DNA of 64,000 bases. Origin: Acutalibacteraceae bacterium. GTDB lineage: Bacteria; Bacillota; Clostridia; Oscillospirales; Acutalibacteraceae. The stretch is taken from positions 2,281 through 66,280 of the forward strand of contig JAZUPA010000076.1 of the NCBI GenBank assembly GCA_045604945.1, read 5' to 3'. The position numbers and the translations under genes are program-made. The notes below the pieces were generated by a model. It was not told where the DNA came from and searched no databases. It worked only from the letters and a program-made list of their open reading frames with translations. Below, piece by piece: positions 10,947 to 19,234 of this stretch (its first letter is position 1; the number at the start of each line of letters is the position of its first letter).

Positions 10947-10978
10947 AAAAGGGTTTGCCTTTCGGCAAGCCCTTTTTG
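10947..10978 (+). terminator. Rho-independent terminator after tgt
   Basis: GGGTTTGCC-TTTC-GGCAAGCCC followed by T5. Confidence 0.8.
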
Positions 10979-11048
10979 TCTGCCAAATATTGACGAAGAT
11001 AAAAGATTGTTGTAATATAGTTACGTCAATTTTTGGGGGGAATAAATA

Positions 11049-12986
11049 ATGAGACCTGCAAAAATACTCAGATTAATCGGCTGCATTGCAGCCTGCATAC
11101 TGCTGTTTATTGCTCAGTTTAAACTCAATGACCATTTCGATGCTCTTGAAATCGGCAAAAAGCTTATGTCTCAGTCGCTGACGGTAACAACAGGAGATAC
11201 TGTTGACTGTCAATCCCTGCTTGAGGGCAGCGGCTACAAGGCTTCCGACCTTGAATGGAGCTTTGACGGCGATAATGCATTTGTAAGCGGCGGTGTTATT
11301 TACTGCGATGAATCGGGTGATGTAACTGTCACTGCTGAAAAGGACGGAAAAACCGTTGCAAAGTGTGCTGTCAGCATTGTGTCGCGCTCGGTTATCACCC
11401 TCGACAGCAGCCACGCTTTACTTGGTGAGGGTCTTACCGCGCAGATAAGTCCGAATGTTTCGGGCGGTGCTGAAGTAACCTTCGAAAGCGAGAATCCGTC
11501 TGTTGCGACGGTTGACGAAAAAGGTACAGTTACTGCTGCTTCTGAGGGAGAGACCTCAATTAAGGTCAGCGCATACGGATGCGACAGTGTTTATTTTACT
11601 GTCGGCGTTTCGGAATCTCCTTCTGCGGTAATGCTTTCAAAGCAAAGCCTTACCATGGGTATCGGAGAAAGTGCTGTGCTTGAGGCGTCACTGCCTGAAG
11701 GGGCTTACAATGAGATTGCGCCGACTTTTTCGTCTGACAATGAATCGGTGGCAACAGTTGATCAGAACGGCAATGTGTCGGCGGTGGGAGCAGGTGTTTG
11801 CAGGATTACCGCAACTGCTTACTCAGGCGCCAGCGCTGCCTGTGATGTGTCTGTGGGAAAAGCACCGTCCTCTGTTTCGATAACTGTTGGTGATGACTTC
11901 CTTTACGGCGGAGAGACTGTTACGGCAAAAGTCAAAATCAGTGACGGTGCTGTCTGCAACGGCTACACTTTTGAATCGAGCAATCCTGCTGTGGCTTCGG
12001 TATCTGAAGACGGCGTGATCACGGGTCTTGGCAGAGGCTCAGCAAAAATCACTGTTACGACCTATAACGGGAAGAAATCCAGTTGCAGTGTTTCGGTGCA
12101 GATTTTTGACTATATGTCAAAGCCGACTTCAAAGGATATTTACGCATCTGTCGGTTATCTCAGAGATTTCTATCCCGAACTTATTTCGACTGAGGTCATC
12201 GGCTCCAGCGTAAAGGGCAAGGATATAACCCTTCTCAAACTGGGAAAGGGCGATAAAAAGGCTTGCATTGTTGCCGGACTTCATGCAAAGGAAGATATTG
12301 CAGTGGTATTTACCATGCGCTGCATAGAAGAGTATGCTGCTGCCTATTATTCAAAGAGCGGAAAATTCGGTTCATATAATCTCAGGAAAATGCTGGATGA
12401 ATACACTCTTTACATCGTACCGCTGCTCAATCCCGACGGACTTGATATAGTAAACGCAGGGGAGATGCCCCTTTATACCGACACTCTCTCCGATGTAGTG
12501 CGGGAGGATTATAAGAGCAACGCCAACGGCGTAAACCTTAACAGAAACTTCCCCTTCCGCTGGGATCAGATAATTTCGAGCCCCGCTGAGCCCGATGAAT
12601 CAGACTACAGAGGCCCCAGCGAAAACTCAGAGCCTGAGACCCAGGCTATCGTAAAGCTCGTTGAAAACAATGACTTTGAATGGCTTTTCTCCATGCACTG
12701 CAAGGGTTATTTTGTGTACTGGGCTGACTGCTACAACAGCATAACCAACTTTGACAGAAAGCTTTCCAACAGATTGAAGGATGTCTGCGGATTCGGTCTC
12801 TGCGGTGCTACGCCGCTTAAAAATCTCGGCGGCGGACTTGAAAACTGGTTCAGATACAAGACCGGTAACCCGGGCTTCTGTGTGGAGCTTGTGGGTCCTG
12901 ACTACAGCAGTGAGGTGAACAAGTATTTCTCTCTTAAAACCAACTGGAATCAGACAAAATACACCTTTATCCAGGGCATGAGGTGA
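11049..12986 (+). CDS. Secreted or anchored protein with Big_2-like Ig repeats and a C-terminal M14 zinc carboxypeptidase domain (gamma-D-Glu-DAP peptidase-like)
   Basis: N-terminal hydrophobic anchor. Repeated ...ESENPSVATVDEKGTVTA... and SSNPAVASVSEDGVITG modules. HAKE (HxxE) and NLNRNF motifs of M14. Confidence 0.8.
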   Translation: MRPAKILRLIGCIAACILLFIAQFKLNDHFDALEIGKKLMSQSLTVTTGDTVDCQSLLEGSGYKASDLEWSFDGDNAFVSGGVIYCDESGDVTVTAEKDGKTVAKCAVSIVSRSVITLDSSHALLGEGLTAQISPNVSGGAEVTFESENPSVATVDEKGTVTAASEGETSIKVSAYGCDSVYFTVGVSESPSAVMLSKQSLTMGIGESAVLEASLPEGAYNEIAPTFSSDNESVATVDQNGNVSAVGAGVCRITATAYSGASAACDVSVGKAPSSVSITVGDDFLYGGETVTAKVKISDGAVCNGYTFESSNPAVASVSEDGVITGLGRGSAKITVTTYNGKKSSCSVSVQIFDYMSKPTSKDIYASVGYLRDFYPELISTEVIGSSVKGKDITLLKLGKGDKKACIVAGLHAKEDIAVVFTMRCIEEYAAAYYSKSGKFGSYNLRKMLDEYTLYIVPLLNPDGLDIVNAGEMPLYTDTLSDVVREDYKSNANGVNLNRNFPFRWDQIISSPAEPDESDYRGPSENSEPETQAIVKLVENNDFEWLFSMHCKGYFVYWADCYNSITNFDRKLSNRLKDVCGFGLCGATPLKNLGGGLENWFRYKTGNPGFCVELVGPDYSSEVNKYFSLKTNWNQTKYTFIQGMR

Positions 12987-13074
12987 TTGTTTTATAAGAT
13001 TTGGTTTTTGCTATTGCTTTACGCGAATGAATTTGCTATAATCATCAAAGTACAAAATATTTGGAGGTACATCA

Positions 13075-13527
13075 ATGACTAACAAACTTCTTTCCGCTAT
13101 CAACAGTGCAGCACTTATTCTTGAGGACGCAGCAGCAACAGCCGGCGATGCAGCAGCAAACGGCGCAGAGGGTACTGCTCCTGTTAATGCCTGTGAGTCC
13201 ATGGCTCCCATGCTTATCATCTATGCTCTGCTTTTCGGTCTTCTCTATCTCTTTATGATCCGTCCCCAGCAGAAGAAGCGCAAGGCTGAGGAAGAAATGA
13301 AGAAGAACATCGAGGTCGGCGACGACATCACCACTATCGGCGGTATCTGCGGCCGTGTAGTCAGCATCAAGGATGACGATTCCATCATCATCGAGACCGG
13401 CGCTGAGAAGAACAAGATCAAGTTCATGCGTTGGGCTATCCTTCAGAACAACACCATCAAAGAGGCTGCTCAGACTGACGACGCTGCAACCAAGAAGAAG
13501 GGTCTCTTCAGCTTCCTTAAGAAGTAA
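13075..13527 (+). CDS. yajC: Preprotein translocase subunit YajC, with N-terminal extension
   Basis: ...LLYLFMIRPQQKKRK...GDDITTIGGICGRVVSI... is the typical YajC core. GGAGG RBS. Confidence 0.85.
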   Translation: MTNKLLSAINSAALILEDAAATAGDAAANGAEGTAPVNACESMAPMLIIYALLFGLLYLFMIRPQQKKRKAEEEMKKNIEVGDDITTIGGICGRVVSIKDDDSIIIETGAEKNKIKFMRWAILQNNTIKEAAQTDDAATKKKGLFSFLKK

Positions 13528-13548
13528 TTTTATTTATCCTATCATAAA

Positions 13549-13610
13549 CCCCCTGTAAAAAGAATAGTATTAACCAATTAAAAGGTTGGTACCATTCTTT
13601 TTGCAGGGGG
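13549..13610 (+). terminator. Long imperfect stem-loop after yajC; its 3' arm contains the G-rich RBS of the next gene
   Basis: CCCCCTGTAAAAAGAAT... pairs with ...ATTCTTTTTGCAGGGGG (about 17 bp), followed by TTATTTT and the ATG at 13618. Confidence 0.6.
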
Positions 13611-13617
13611 TTATTTT

Positions 13618-14031
13618 ATGTCTTCCAACAGATTTTCAAGAGAAAGAAAAATTACCTGTGTGCGTCCTGTTGCGCTGGGAGTAGCTGTATCGATAGGGGT
13701 TATACTTATTATCATCTGTCTGACCTCTGCACTTTTTTCGCTGCTTGAATGCATAATAAATGTTGCGGTTGTTCCGGTTACTTTTCTCGCGCTGATACTG
13801 GGATGTTTTATCGGTGGGTATTTCTGCGCGCAGAAGATAGGGAAAAGGGGGCTTATCTGCGGTGCGGTAATCGGAGCTGCGGTGTCTCTGATAATTTTTA
13901 TTGCGGGCTGTTTTGCATCGGATTTTGCGATAGGGGAGTCTGCGATTCTAAAATTCGCTCTGATGATTTTATCAGGATGTTGTGGAGGGTATCTTGGCGG
14001 CAATGGCAGATATGGTAGAAAAATCAGATAG
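13618..14031 (+). CDS. Small multi-pass membrane protein (TIGR04086/YrzE-like, tentative)
   Basis: 137 aa with four hydrophobic helices and a Gly-rich C-terminus. The yajC-adjacent position matches my recollection of B. subtilis yrzE. Confidence 0.55.
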   Translation: MSSNRFSRERKITCVRPVALGVAVSIGVILIIICLTSALFSLLECIINVAVVPVTFLALILGCFIGGYFCAQKIGKRGLICGAVIGAAVSLIIFIAGCFASDFAIGESAILKFALMILSGCCGGYLGGNGRYGRKIR

Positions 14032-14124
14032 TTTAGATATGTAAACAATCATCCCGTTTGACGAAATTTGGTTTTCCAAACACAGTCGGGCGGGATAAAC
14101 TTTTAGGCTTTACATAAATTTTTG

Positions 14125-14153
14125 TTGACATAATAGTTAATGTGTATTAAAAT
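14125..14153 (+). promoter_or_regulatory. Sigma-A type promoter in the 325-nt gap upstream of proC
   Basis: TTGACA, 17 nt, TAAAAT. Confidence 0.6.
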
Positions 14154-14159
14154 ACATTT

Positions 14160-14262
14160 GAAGCGAATGAAGACTTAACAAAACGCAAGTTTCACAATAC
14201 AGAGCGTAATAACCCTCGAAAAACCCCATGGTTACGCGCTTTTTTGAATTGCATGGGTTTTT
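14160..14262 (+). promoter_or_regulatory. Unassigned leader or small RNA with two overlapping terminator-like hairpins
   Basis: Hairpin A: AGAGCGTAA (14201-14209) pairs with TTACGCGCT (14232-14240), then T5. Hairpin B: AAAAACCCCATG (14219-14230) pairs with CATGGGTTTTT (14252-14262). A and B share nucleotides. Confidence 0.4.
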
Positions 14263-14356
14263 ATGCACTAGATATAGTTGTTATTTGCGTTTGTTTGTAC
14301 ATTAACTTGTAGTTATTATTATGTTTACAGAATTTCAGTCAATTAAGGGTGATATA

Positions 14357-15160
14357 ATGAGGCTTGGTTTTATAGGATTCGGTAATATGGCATCGGCTAT
14401 TGCGTCCGGTGTTATCAGAGCAGGTGTTGTATCTGACAGCGATATTTATGCTTATGATGTGATAGATGTCAAGATCGACGAGTTCAGAGAGAGCAATGAT
14501 ATCAATAAATGCTCCTGTATTGCAGAGCTTGTAGGATTCTGTGATATGGTTGTTCTTTCGGTCAAGCCCAATAATTATAATGATGTCCTCTCTGAAATTG
14601 CAAAGACCGATATCAGCGGTGTTACATTTGTCTCTATCGCAGCAGGTATTTCCACCGACAGAATAAAGTCTGTAATAGGTAAGGAAGCCATGGTTGTCCG
14701 CGTTATGCCCAACACTCCGATTCTCCTGGGCTGCGGTGCTGCTGCTGCTTGCAGATGCTCAAATACAGGAGATGAGGAATTCAGAGCTGCCTGCTCACTC
14801 TTTGAATGCAGCGGCGAGCTTGTGGTGCTTGATGAATCAAAGATGAACGAAGTAATCGCTGTCAGCGGTTCTTCTCCTGCATTTCTCTTCCTTTTTGCAA
14901 AGGCTGTGTGTGAGTATGCTGAGTCGGTCGGAATAAGTTTTGATTCTGCAAAGCTTCTTTTTGCACAGACTATGGCAGGCAGTGCAAAGATGATCTTAAA
15001 TTCCGGCGATGACCTGCAGACCCTCATGGACAAGGTCACCTCAAAGGGAGGTACCACAGCAAAGGCTCTTGAGCATTTCTACGCATCAGGCTTTGAGGAT
15101 ATTATCAAAGGCGCAATGCAGGCTTGTACTGACAGAGCCAATGAGCTTGGCAAAGAATAA
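14357..15160 (+). CDS. proC: Pyrroline-5-carboxylate reductase
   Basis: MRLGFIGFGNMASAI Rossmann N-terminus and C-terminal SKGGTT motif. The ATG at 14357 is preferred over the ORF-track start at 14321. Confidence 0.9.
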   Translation: MRLGFIGFGNMASAIASGVIRAGVVSDSDIYAYDVIDVKIDEFRESNDINKCSCIAELVGFCDMVVLSVKPNNYNDVLSEIAKTDISGVTFVSIAAGISTDRIKSVIGKEAMVVRVMPNTPILLGCGAAAACRCSNTGDEEFRAACSLFECSGELVVLDESKMNEVIAVSGSSPAFLFLFAKAVCEYAESVGISFDSAKLLFAQTMAGSAKMILNSGDDLQTLMDKVTSKGGTTAKALEHFYASGFEDIIKGAMQACTDRANELGKE

Positions 15161-15204
15161 AATTTCCTGATTCTTCATAACATATCTGTGAAAGCAGGTG
15201 TGTT

Positions 15205-15774
15205 ATGAAAAGTATAAATAATAAAAGACGTTACGGTATCTGGATTTTTGTTTTTGCGTTTTTGTTTTCTGTCGGCTTTGCTGCAGGTGGTTTTGTTCAG
15301 AAAAGTGACAGAATCAGCGGGACTATAGCGACTTATACGTTTAACCTTGTCGATTCAAGGCTCAGTCATGAAGCCCTTGCGATTTTTACAGATTCAGTTC
15401 TGCCGTATTTTGTGATTCTTGTTGTAATCTGTTTTTTTGCAGTGACGAGGGCAGGTCTGCTTCTTAACAGCTGCATTGTTCTGTGTCTTGGTCTTGGCGA
15501 CGGCGCGCTTGTTTCTGCCATTGCCTGCGATTCAGGGTTCAGTGGAATGGGATTTTCCCTTATTGTGCTGCTGCCTGGTATGATAGCCTCAGGCTGCGCA
15601 ATCATTATGCTTGCAGCCCGTCTGACGGAGCTGTCTTCAGATGGCGACAGACGTCTCTGGTTTTGCCGCAAACAGGGATTGGCATCTCTGTTTATATACA
15701 TTTTCGTTATTATTTTTTCAGGTGGACTGGATGTAACCTTTTCAGTGATTTATAAGGCGGTTGCTCCTGTCTGA
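15205..15774 (+). CDS. Integral membrane protein, possibly stage II sporulation protein M-like
   Basis: 189 aa with about 5 TM helices. Size, topology and position next to xerD resemble SpoIIM, but similarity is judged by eye only. Confidence 0.35.
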   Translation: MKSINNKRRYGIWIFVFAFLFSVGFAAGGFVQKSDRISGTIATYTFNLVDSRLSHEALAIFTDSVLPYFVILVVICFFAVTRAGLLLNSCIVLCLGLGDGALVSAIACDSGFSGMGFSLIVLLPGMIASGCAIIMLAARLTELSSDGDRRLWFCRKQGLASLFIYIFVIIFSGGLDVTFSVIYKAVAPV

Positions 15775-15792
15775 AAACGGAGGTTTAAAATT

Positions 15793-16701
15793 ATGGGAAG
15801 TACGATATTGAATAGTTTCAAGACTTATCTTGTGGAAAAGAAGGCTGTTGCTGACAATACTCTGGAATCCTATTCGAGAGATGTGTCCAGATACCTTGAA
15901 TACCTTGAGCAGGAGGGCGTTGAGCTGACTGCTGCTGATACTGCGGTTGTTGAGGGCTTTGTTGAAGAGCTTAAGAATGCGAATAAATCCGCTGCCACCA
16001 TCACAAGAACAGTTGCTTCCATAAGGGCTCTGTATCAATATCTTATTATGATCGGCGCTGTTGAAACAAATCCTGCAAAGAATATAAAGCTTGAAAAGAC
16101 AGAGAAAAAGCTGCCTGAAATTCTCAATGACAAGGAAATTAGACTTCTTCTGTCAATGCCCAATTCCGAAGAGCCCAAGGGCGCTCGTGACAAGGCAATG
16201 CTTGAGGTTCTTTACGCCACAGGAATCAGGGTTTCTGAGCTTATCAATCTTGATGTCAATGACGTTAAATGCTCAAAGGGTGAGAGAGGCGAGATCATCT
16301 GCCGCGGCGGAAAGACCATGAGAACTGTTCCCATGCATCCTGCTGCAGTTGCTGCCATGAGCCACTATCTTACAAATATCCGTCCCATGCTGGCTACAGA
16401 TACCAGCGCTGATGCACTCTTTATCAATTTAAACGGGCAAAGACTCACAAGACAGGGCTTCTGGAAAATCGTTAAGAACTACGCCGAGGAAGCAAAAATC
16501 GACAAGGAAATAACTCCTCACACACTGAGACATTCCTTTGCAATGCATCTTTATCAGAACGGCGCATCCCTTCACGACCTGCAGAAGATGCTGGGTCATG
16601 CTGATATCTCATCTACACAGCTATATGCAAACATCGTAAAGAAGAATAGTTTTTCCGATGTTTATGACAGATGCCACCCCTTTGCAAACAGAGTTCAGTA
16701 A
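15793..16701 (+). CDS. xerD: Tyrosine recombinase XerD
   Basis: 302 aa with ARDKAMLEVLYATGIRVSEL, HTLRHSFA and LGHADISSTQLY catalytic motifs. Confidence 0.85.
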   Translation: MGSTILNSFKTYLVEKKAVADNTLESYSRDVSRYLEYLEQEGVELTAADTAVVEGFVEELKNANKSAATITRTVASIRALYQYLIMIGAVETNPAKNIKLEKTEKKLPEILNDKEIRLLLSMPNSEEPKGARDKAMLEVLYATGIRVSELINLDVNDVKCSKGERGEIICRGGKTMRTVPMHPAAVAAMSHYLTNIRPMLATDTSADALFINLNGQRLTRQGFWKIVKNYAEEAKIDKEITPHTLRHSFAMHLYQNGASLHDLQKMLGHADISSTQLYANIVKKNSFSDVYDRCHPFANRVQ

Positions 16702-16713
16702 TTACATAATATG

Positions 16714-16745
16714 AAAGCAGCGATTTTTATCGCTGCTTTTTCTTT
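16714..16745 (+). terminator. Rho-independent terminator after xerD
   Basis: GCAGCGA-TTTTTA-TCGCTGC followed by a T-run. Confidence 0.8.
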
Positions 16746-16815
16746 TGTACGCTGAATTTAATAGCTTCGCTGCGGCAATAATCATAGTGTAAAATATGAC
16801 GGGGAGCTGCAGCAG

Positions 16816-17586
16816 ATGCAATATTACAAGGTAGAAGTTTGCGGTGTGAACACGGGTAAGCTCAGTCTTCTGACGGAAGCACAGAAGAATGAGCTGCTGA
16901 GGAAAAGTGCGGCAGGGGACATGAGCGCAAGGGATGCTCTTGTAAACGGAAATCTCAGGCTGGTGCTGAGTGTGGTTCAGAGATTTACAAACCGAGGAGA
17001 AAACCTTGATGACCTCTTTCAGGTCGGCTGTATCGGACTTATAAAGGCAATCGATAATTTTGACCTGTCCCAGCAGGTGCGCTTTTCTACCTACGCAGTG
17101 CCGATGATAATCGGAGAAATCCGACGATATTTAAGGGACAACAACTCTGTAAGAGTAAGCCGCTCGCTGCGGGATACCGCGTATAAGGCGATGCAGGCCA
17201 AGGAGAGGCTTACGCTGAAGCTCGACAGGGAGCCGACGATAGAGGAGATTTCCGTCGAGCTTGAAATGCCCAGAGAAAGCGTTGTAATGGCTCTGGAAGC
17301 GATTGTAGAGCCTGTTTCCCTCTATGAATCTGTTTATTCTGACGGCGCAGATTCGGTATCAATAATCGACCAGATAGGAGACAACAATGACGAAGGCAAC
17401 TGGCTTTCGGAAATATCCATCAGGGAATCGATAAAAAATCTTGGAGACAGAGAAAAAAACATCCTGTCTCTGCGATTTCTGCAGGGGAAAACCCAGATGG
17501 AAGTGGCAAAGGAAATCGGCATATCGCAGGCTCAGGTCAGCAGGCTTGAGAAAAGTGCGCTGAAGGCAATAAAAGAGAAGATATAG
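16816..17586 (+). CDS. sigG: Sporulation sigma factor SigG-like (sigma-70 group 3)
   Basis: KVEVCGVNTGKLSLL..., NGNLRLVLSVVQRF, FSTYAVPMIIGEIRRYLRDN and GISQAQVSRLEK closely resemble B. subtilis SigG as I remember it. Confidence 0.8.
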   Translation: MQYYKVEVCGVNTGKLSLLTEAQKNELLRKSAAGDMSARDALVNGNLRLVLSVVQRFTNRGENLDDLFQVGCIGLIKAIDNFDLSQQVRFSTYAVPMIIGEIRRYLRDNNSVRVSRSLRDTAYKAMQAKERLTLKLDREPTIEEISVELEMPRESVVMALEAIVEPVSLYESVYSDGADSVSIIDQIGDNNDEGNWLSEISIRESIKNLGDREKNILSLRFLQGKTQMEVAKEIGISQAQVSRLEKSALKAIKEKI

Positions 17587-17634
17587 AGAAAGCCCCCTGT
17601 GGGGCTAATTACATAAAAAGTTAACAGATAAATA

Positions 17635-17663
17635 TTGAAGTTGCAGACTGAGTGTGATAAAAT
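17635..17663 (+). promoter_or_regulatory. Sigma-A type promoter for the 17706 gene
   Basis: TTGAAG, 17 nt, TAAAAT. Confidence 0.5.
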
Positions 17664-17705
17664 GCAGTTAAGTTTATGCTGATTTTATACATTTGGGGGC
17701 TTAAT

Positions 17706-19190
17706 ATGTTATTTGGAAACAAACGTTTTATTGCCTTTATTATGAGTGTGATATTGTTGTTTTCCCTGCAGATTGGCTCTGCTTCTGCAGTTCTGGCTTC
17801 TGAAGATACTTCTGAATCATCGGAGACCACATCGACAACTTCAACAACCTCGACAACTTCAACAACCAGCACTACGGCAACAACAACGTCAACTACTTCA
17901 ACAACCTCGACAACCTCCACCACTGCACAAAGCAACGGCGTTGAGGTAAAGCAGGTATTCTGTTACGGCTCGAATAACAAGCTTTATAATCAGGTGATAA
18001 AGTTTGGCGAGATTTCTGATGCCTATACTGCAAATGTCTCAATTCCCCTGTGGATGAAGAGCCTGGAGATAAACATCAAGAGTGTCAGCGGAGCTACAGT
18101 TACCTGTGACGGTGTTGAGTTTGAAGCTGACGGCAGCCTGTACACTGCAACTCTTGAGTTTGAAGCTTCAAACAAATATAAATCCACGACCTACAAAATC
18201 AAAATCAAAAAGGGTGATAAGGAAAGCATCCTTGTTTTCAATCTTGTTCAGACTGTCTTTGAAACGAAGCTTGAATCGGTTTCGGTTGATTCAGTTGCTG
18301 CAGAAGGCAACAACGAAAGCGGTTATACATATGTACTGCCTGAGGGTACAACCTCCTGCAGAATCAAACTGAAGACACGCAGCGAGGAAAAGGTCACCAT
18401 GGGTAAGCGCGGCGAAACTGCAGAAACCCTGGAGCTTACTTCCGACAAGATATTCCTCGAGAAGGTATCCCTTGAAGATGGCGAAAATATATTTGACATT
18501 ACAGTTTCGGCACCCGGCACTACTATCAGCACAACGCTGATAATCACTGTCGGAGAGCCTGTCGTTTCCTCTGATGTTGAATCTCAGCCCCCTGTTGAAG
18601 AAGAGGATGACGAGATTTCCGACAGCGATAACATAGCGGGATATATTCCTCAGGAGCCTGTAAGCAGTGTTCCCGAAGCTGTTTCATCCATCGTCAATAA
18701 CAATAAAGGTTCAGGCTCAGATAACGAAGGTACATCACCTCTTATCTGGATACTTATAGGTGTTGTAATTGCTATTGTGATCGGCGCCTGCATATTCATG
18801 ATTGCAAGCATGGGCGGCAGCAAGAAGAGTTCATCCGGCGGCAGCCGCGGATATGGCGGCGCACCCTACAGAAATCCCCCGCCTCCGCCTCCCGCAAGAC
18901 GCCGCGACCTCGGCAGATTTGTGGAAGATGATTACGGCTACGATGATTACTACGGCAATCAACCCGATGATGGCTATTTTGAAGAAGAAGGCTATTATGA
19001 GGATGAGGGCTACTACGAGGACGAGGGCTACTATCAGGACGGCAACTACTACGATGATTACAGCCGTCAGGGACAGCGTGATGCCCGCCAGCCCCAGCGC
19101 TATGACAGACAGCCTCCCAGACAGCAGTATCAGAGTCAGAGACGCGGAAACAGAAGCGACTTTGACGATTTCTACGATGATTACTATTGA
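17706..19190 (+). CDS. Bitopic surface protein: signal peptide, Thr/Ser linker, two cadherin-like beta-sandwich-type domains, one TM helix, and a Tyr/Asp/Glu/Gly- and Arg/Gln-rich cytoplasmic tail
   Basis: The ATG at 17706 follows a GGGGG RBS. Signal-like MLFGNKRFIAFIMSVILLFSLQIGSASA; TM LIWILIGVVIAIVIGACIFMIASM; tail PPPPPP...EGYYEDEGYYEDEGYYQDGNYY... Confidence 0.7.
   Translation: MLFGNKRFIAFIMSVILLFSLQIGSASAVLASEDTSESSETTSTTSTTSTTSTTSTTATTTSTTSTTSTTSTTAQSNGVEVKQVFCYGSNNKLYNQVIKFGEISDAYTANVSIPLWMKSLEINIKSVSGATVTCDGVEFEADGSLYTATLEFEASNKYKSTTYKIKIKKGDKESILVFNLVQTVFETKLESVSVDSVAAEGNNESGYTYVLPEGTTSCRIKLKTRSEEKVTMGKRGETAETLELTSDKIFLEKVSLEDGENIFDITVSAPGTTISTTLIITVGEPVVSSDVESQPPVEEEDDEISDSDNIAGYIPQEPVSSVPEAVSSIVNNNKGSGSDNEGTSPLIWILIGVVIAIVIGACIFMIASMGGSKKSSSGGSRGYGGAPYRNPPPPPPARRRDLGRFVEDDYGYDDYYGNQPDDGYFEEEGYYEDEGYYEDEGYYQDGNYYDDYSRQGQRDARQPQRYDRQPPRQQYQSQRRGNRSDFDDFYDDYY
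17823..17926 (+). repeat. 9-bp-period coding tandem repeat, (T-S-T)n linker
   Basis: ACAACTTCA/ACAACCTCG-type units encode TTSTTSTTSTTSTTSTTATTTSTTSTTSTTSTT. Confidence 0.85.
18981..19052 (+). repeat. 18-bp-period coding tandem repeat, (E/D)(E/D)EGYY x4
   Basis: GAAGAAGAAGGCTATTAT / GAGGATGAGGGCTACTAC / GAGGACGAGGGCTACTAT / CAGGACGGCAACTACTAC. Confidence 0.8.
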
Positions 19191-19198
19191 TTTATTTA

Positions 19199-19227
19199 TT
19201 GACAAAGCCTGCGCTTTGTGATTAAAT
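19199..19227 (+). promoter_or_regulatory. Sigma-A type promoter of the tyrS leader
   Basis: TTGACA, 17 nt, TTAAAT. Confidence 0.6.
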
Positions 19228-19234
19228 ACAACTA

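Noticed and set aside
14167-14178. Mini-ORF ATG AAG ACT TAA in the proC leader, considered as an attenuation leader peptide.
   Set aside because: It has no Shine-Dalgarno, only three codons and no proline codons, so it is unlikely to be a regulatory leader peptide.
14198-14232. PreQ1-I riboswitch-like string (UAACCCUCGAAAAACCCC) in the proC leader.
   Set aside because: Only a 3-bp P1 (GAG/CUC) can be drawn and the tail lacks the conserved ACUA pairing. proC is not a queuosine-related gene, so the resemblance looks fortuitous.
16702-16815. SigF/SigG-type forespore promoter upstream of sigG (GGCAATAATC as a -10 candidate).
   Set aside because: The matching -35 (GYATA at 14-15 nt spacing) is not present, so the match is too weak to report as a feature.
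17823-17926. Possible CRISPR or non-coding tandem repeat.
   Set aside because: The period is 9 bp with no spacers, and it is in frame within a long ORF encoding a Thr/Ser linker. It is a coding microsatellite-like repeat, not CRISPR.
17621-17935. 104-aa minus-strand ORF with VVEVVEVVEVVD repeats.
   Set aside because: It is the reverse-complement reading of the (TST)n coding repeat of the plus-strand surface protein, so it is not independent.
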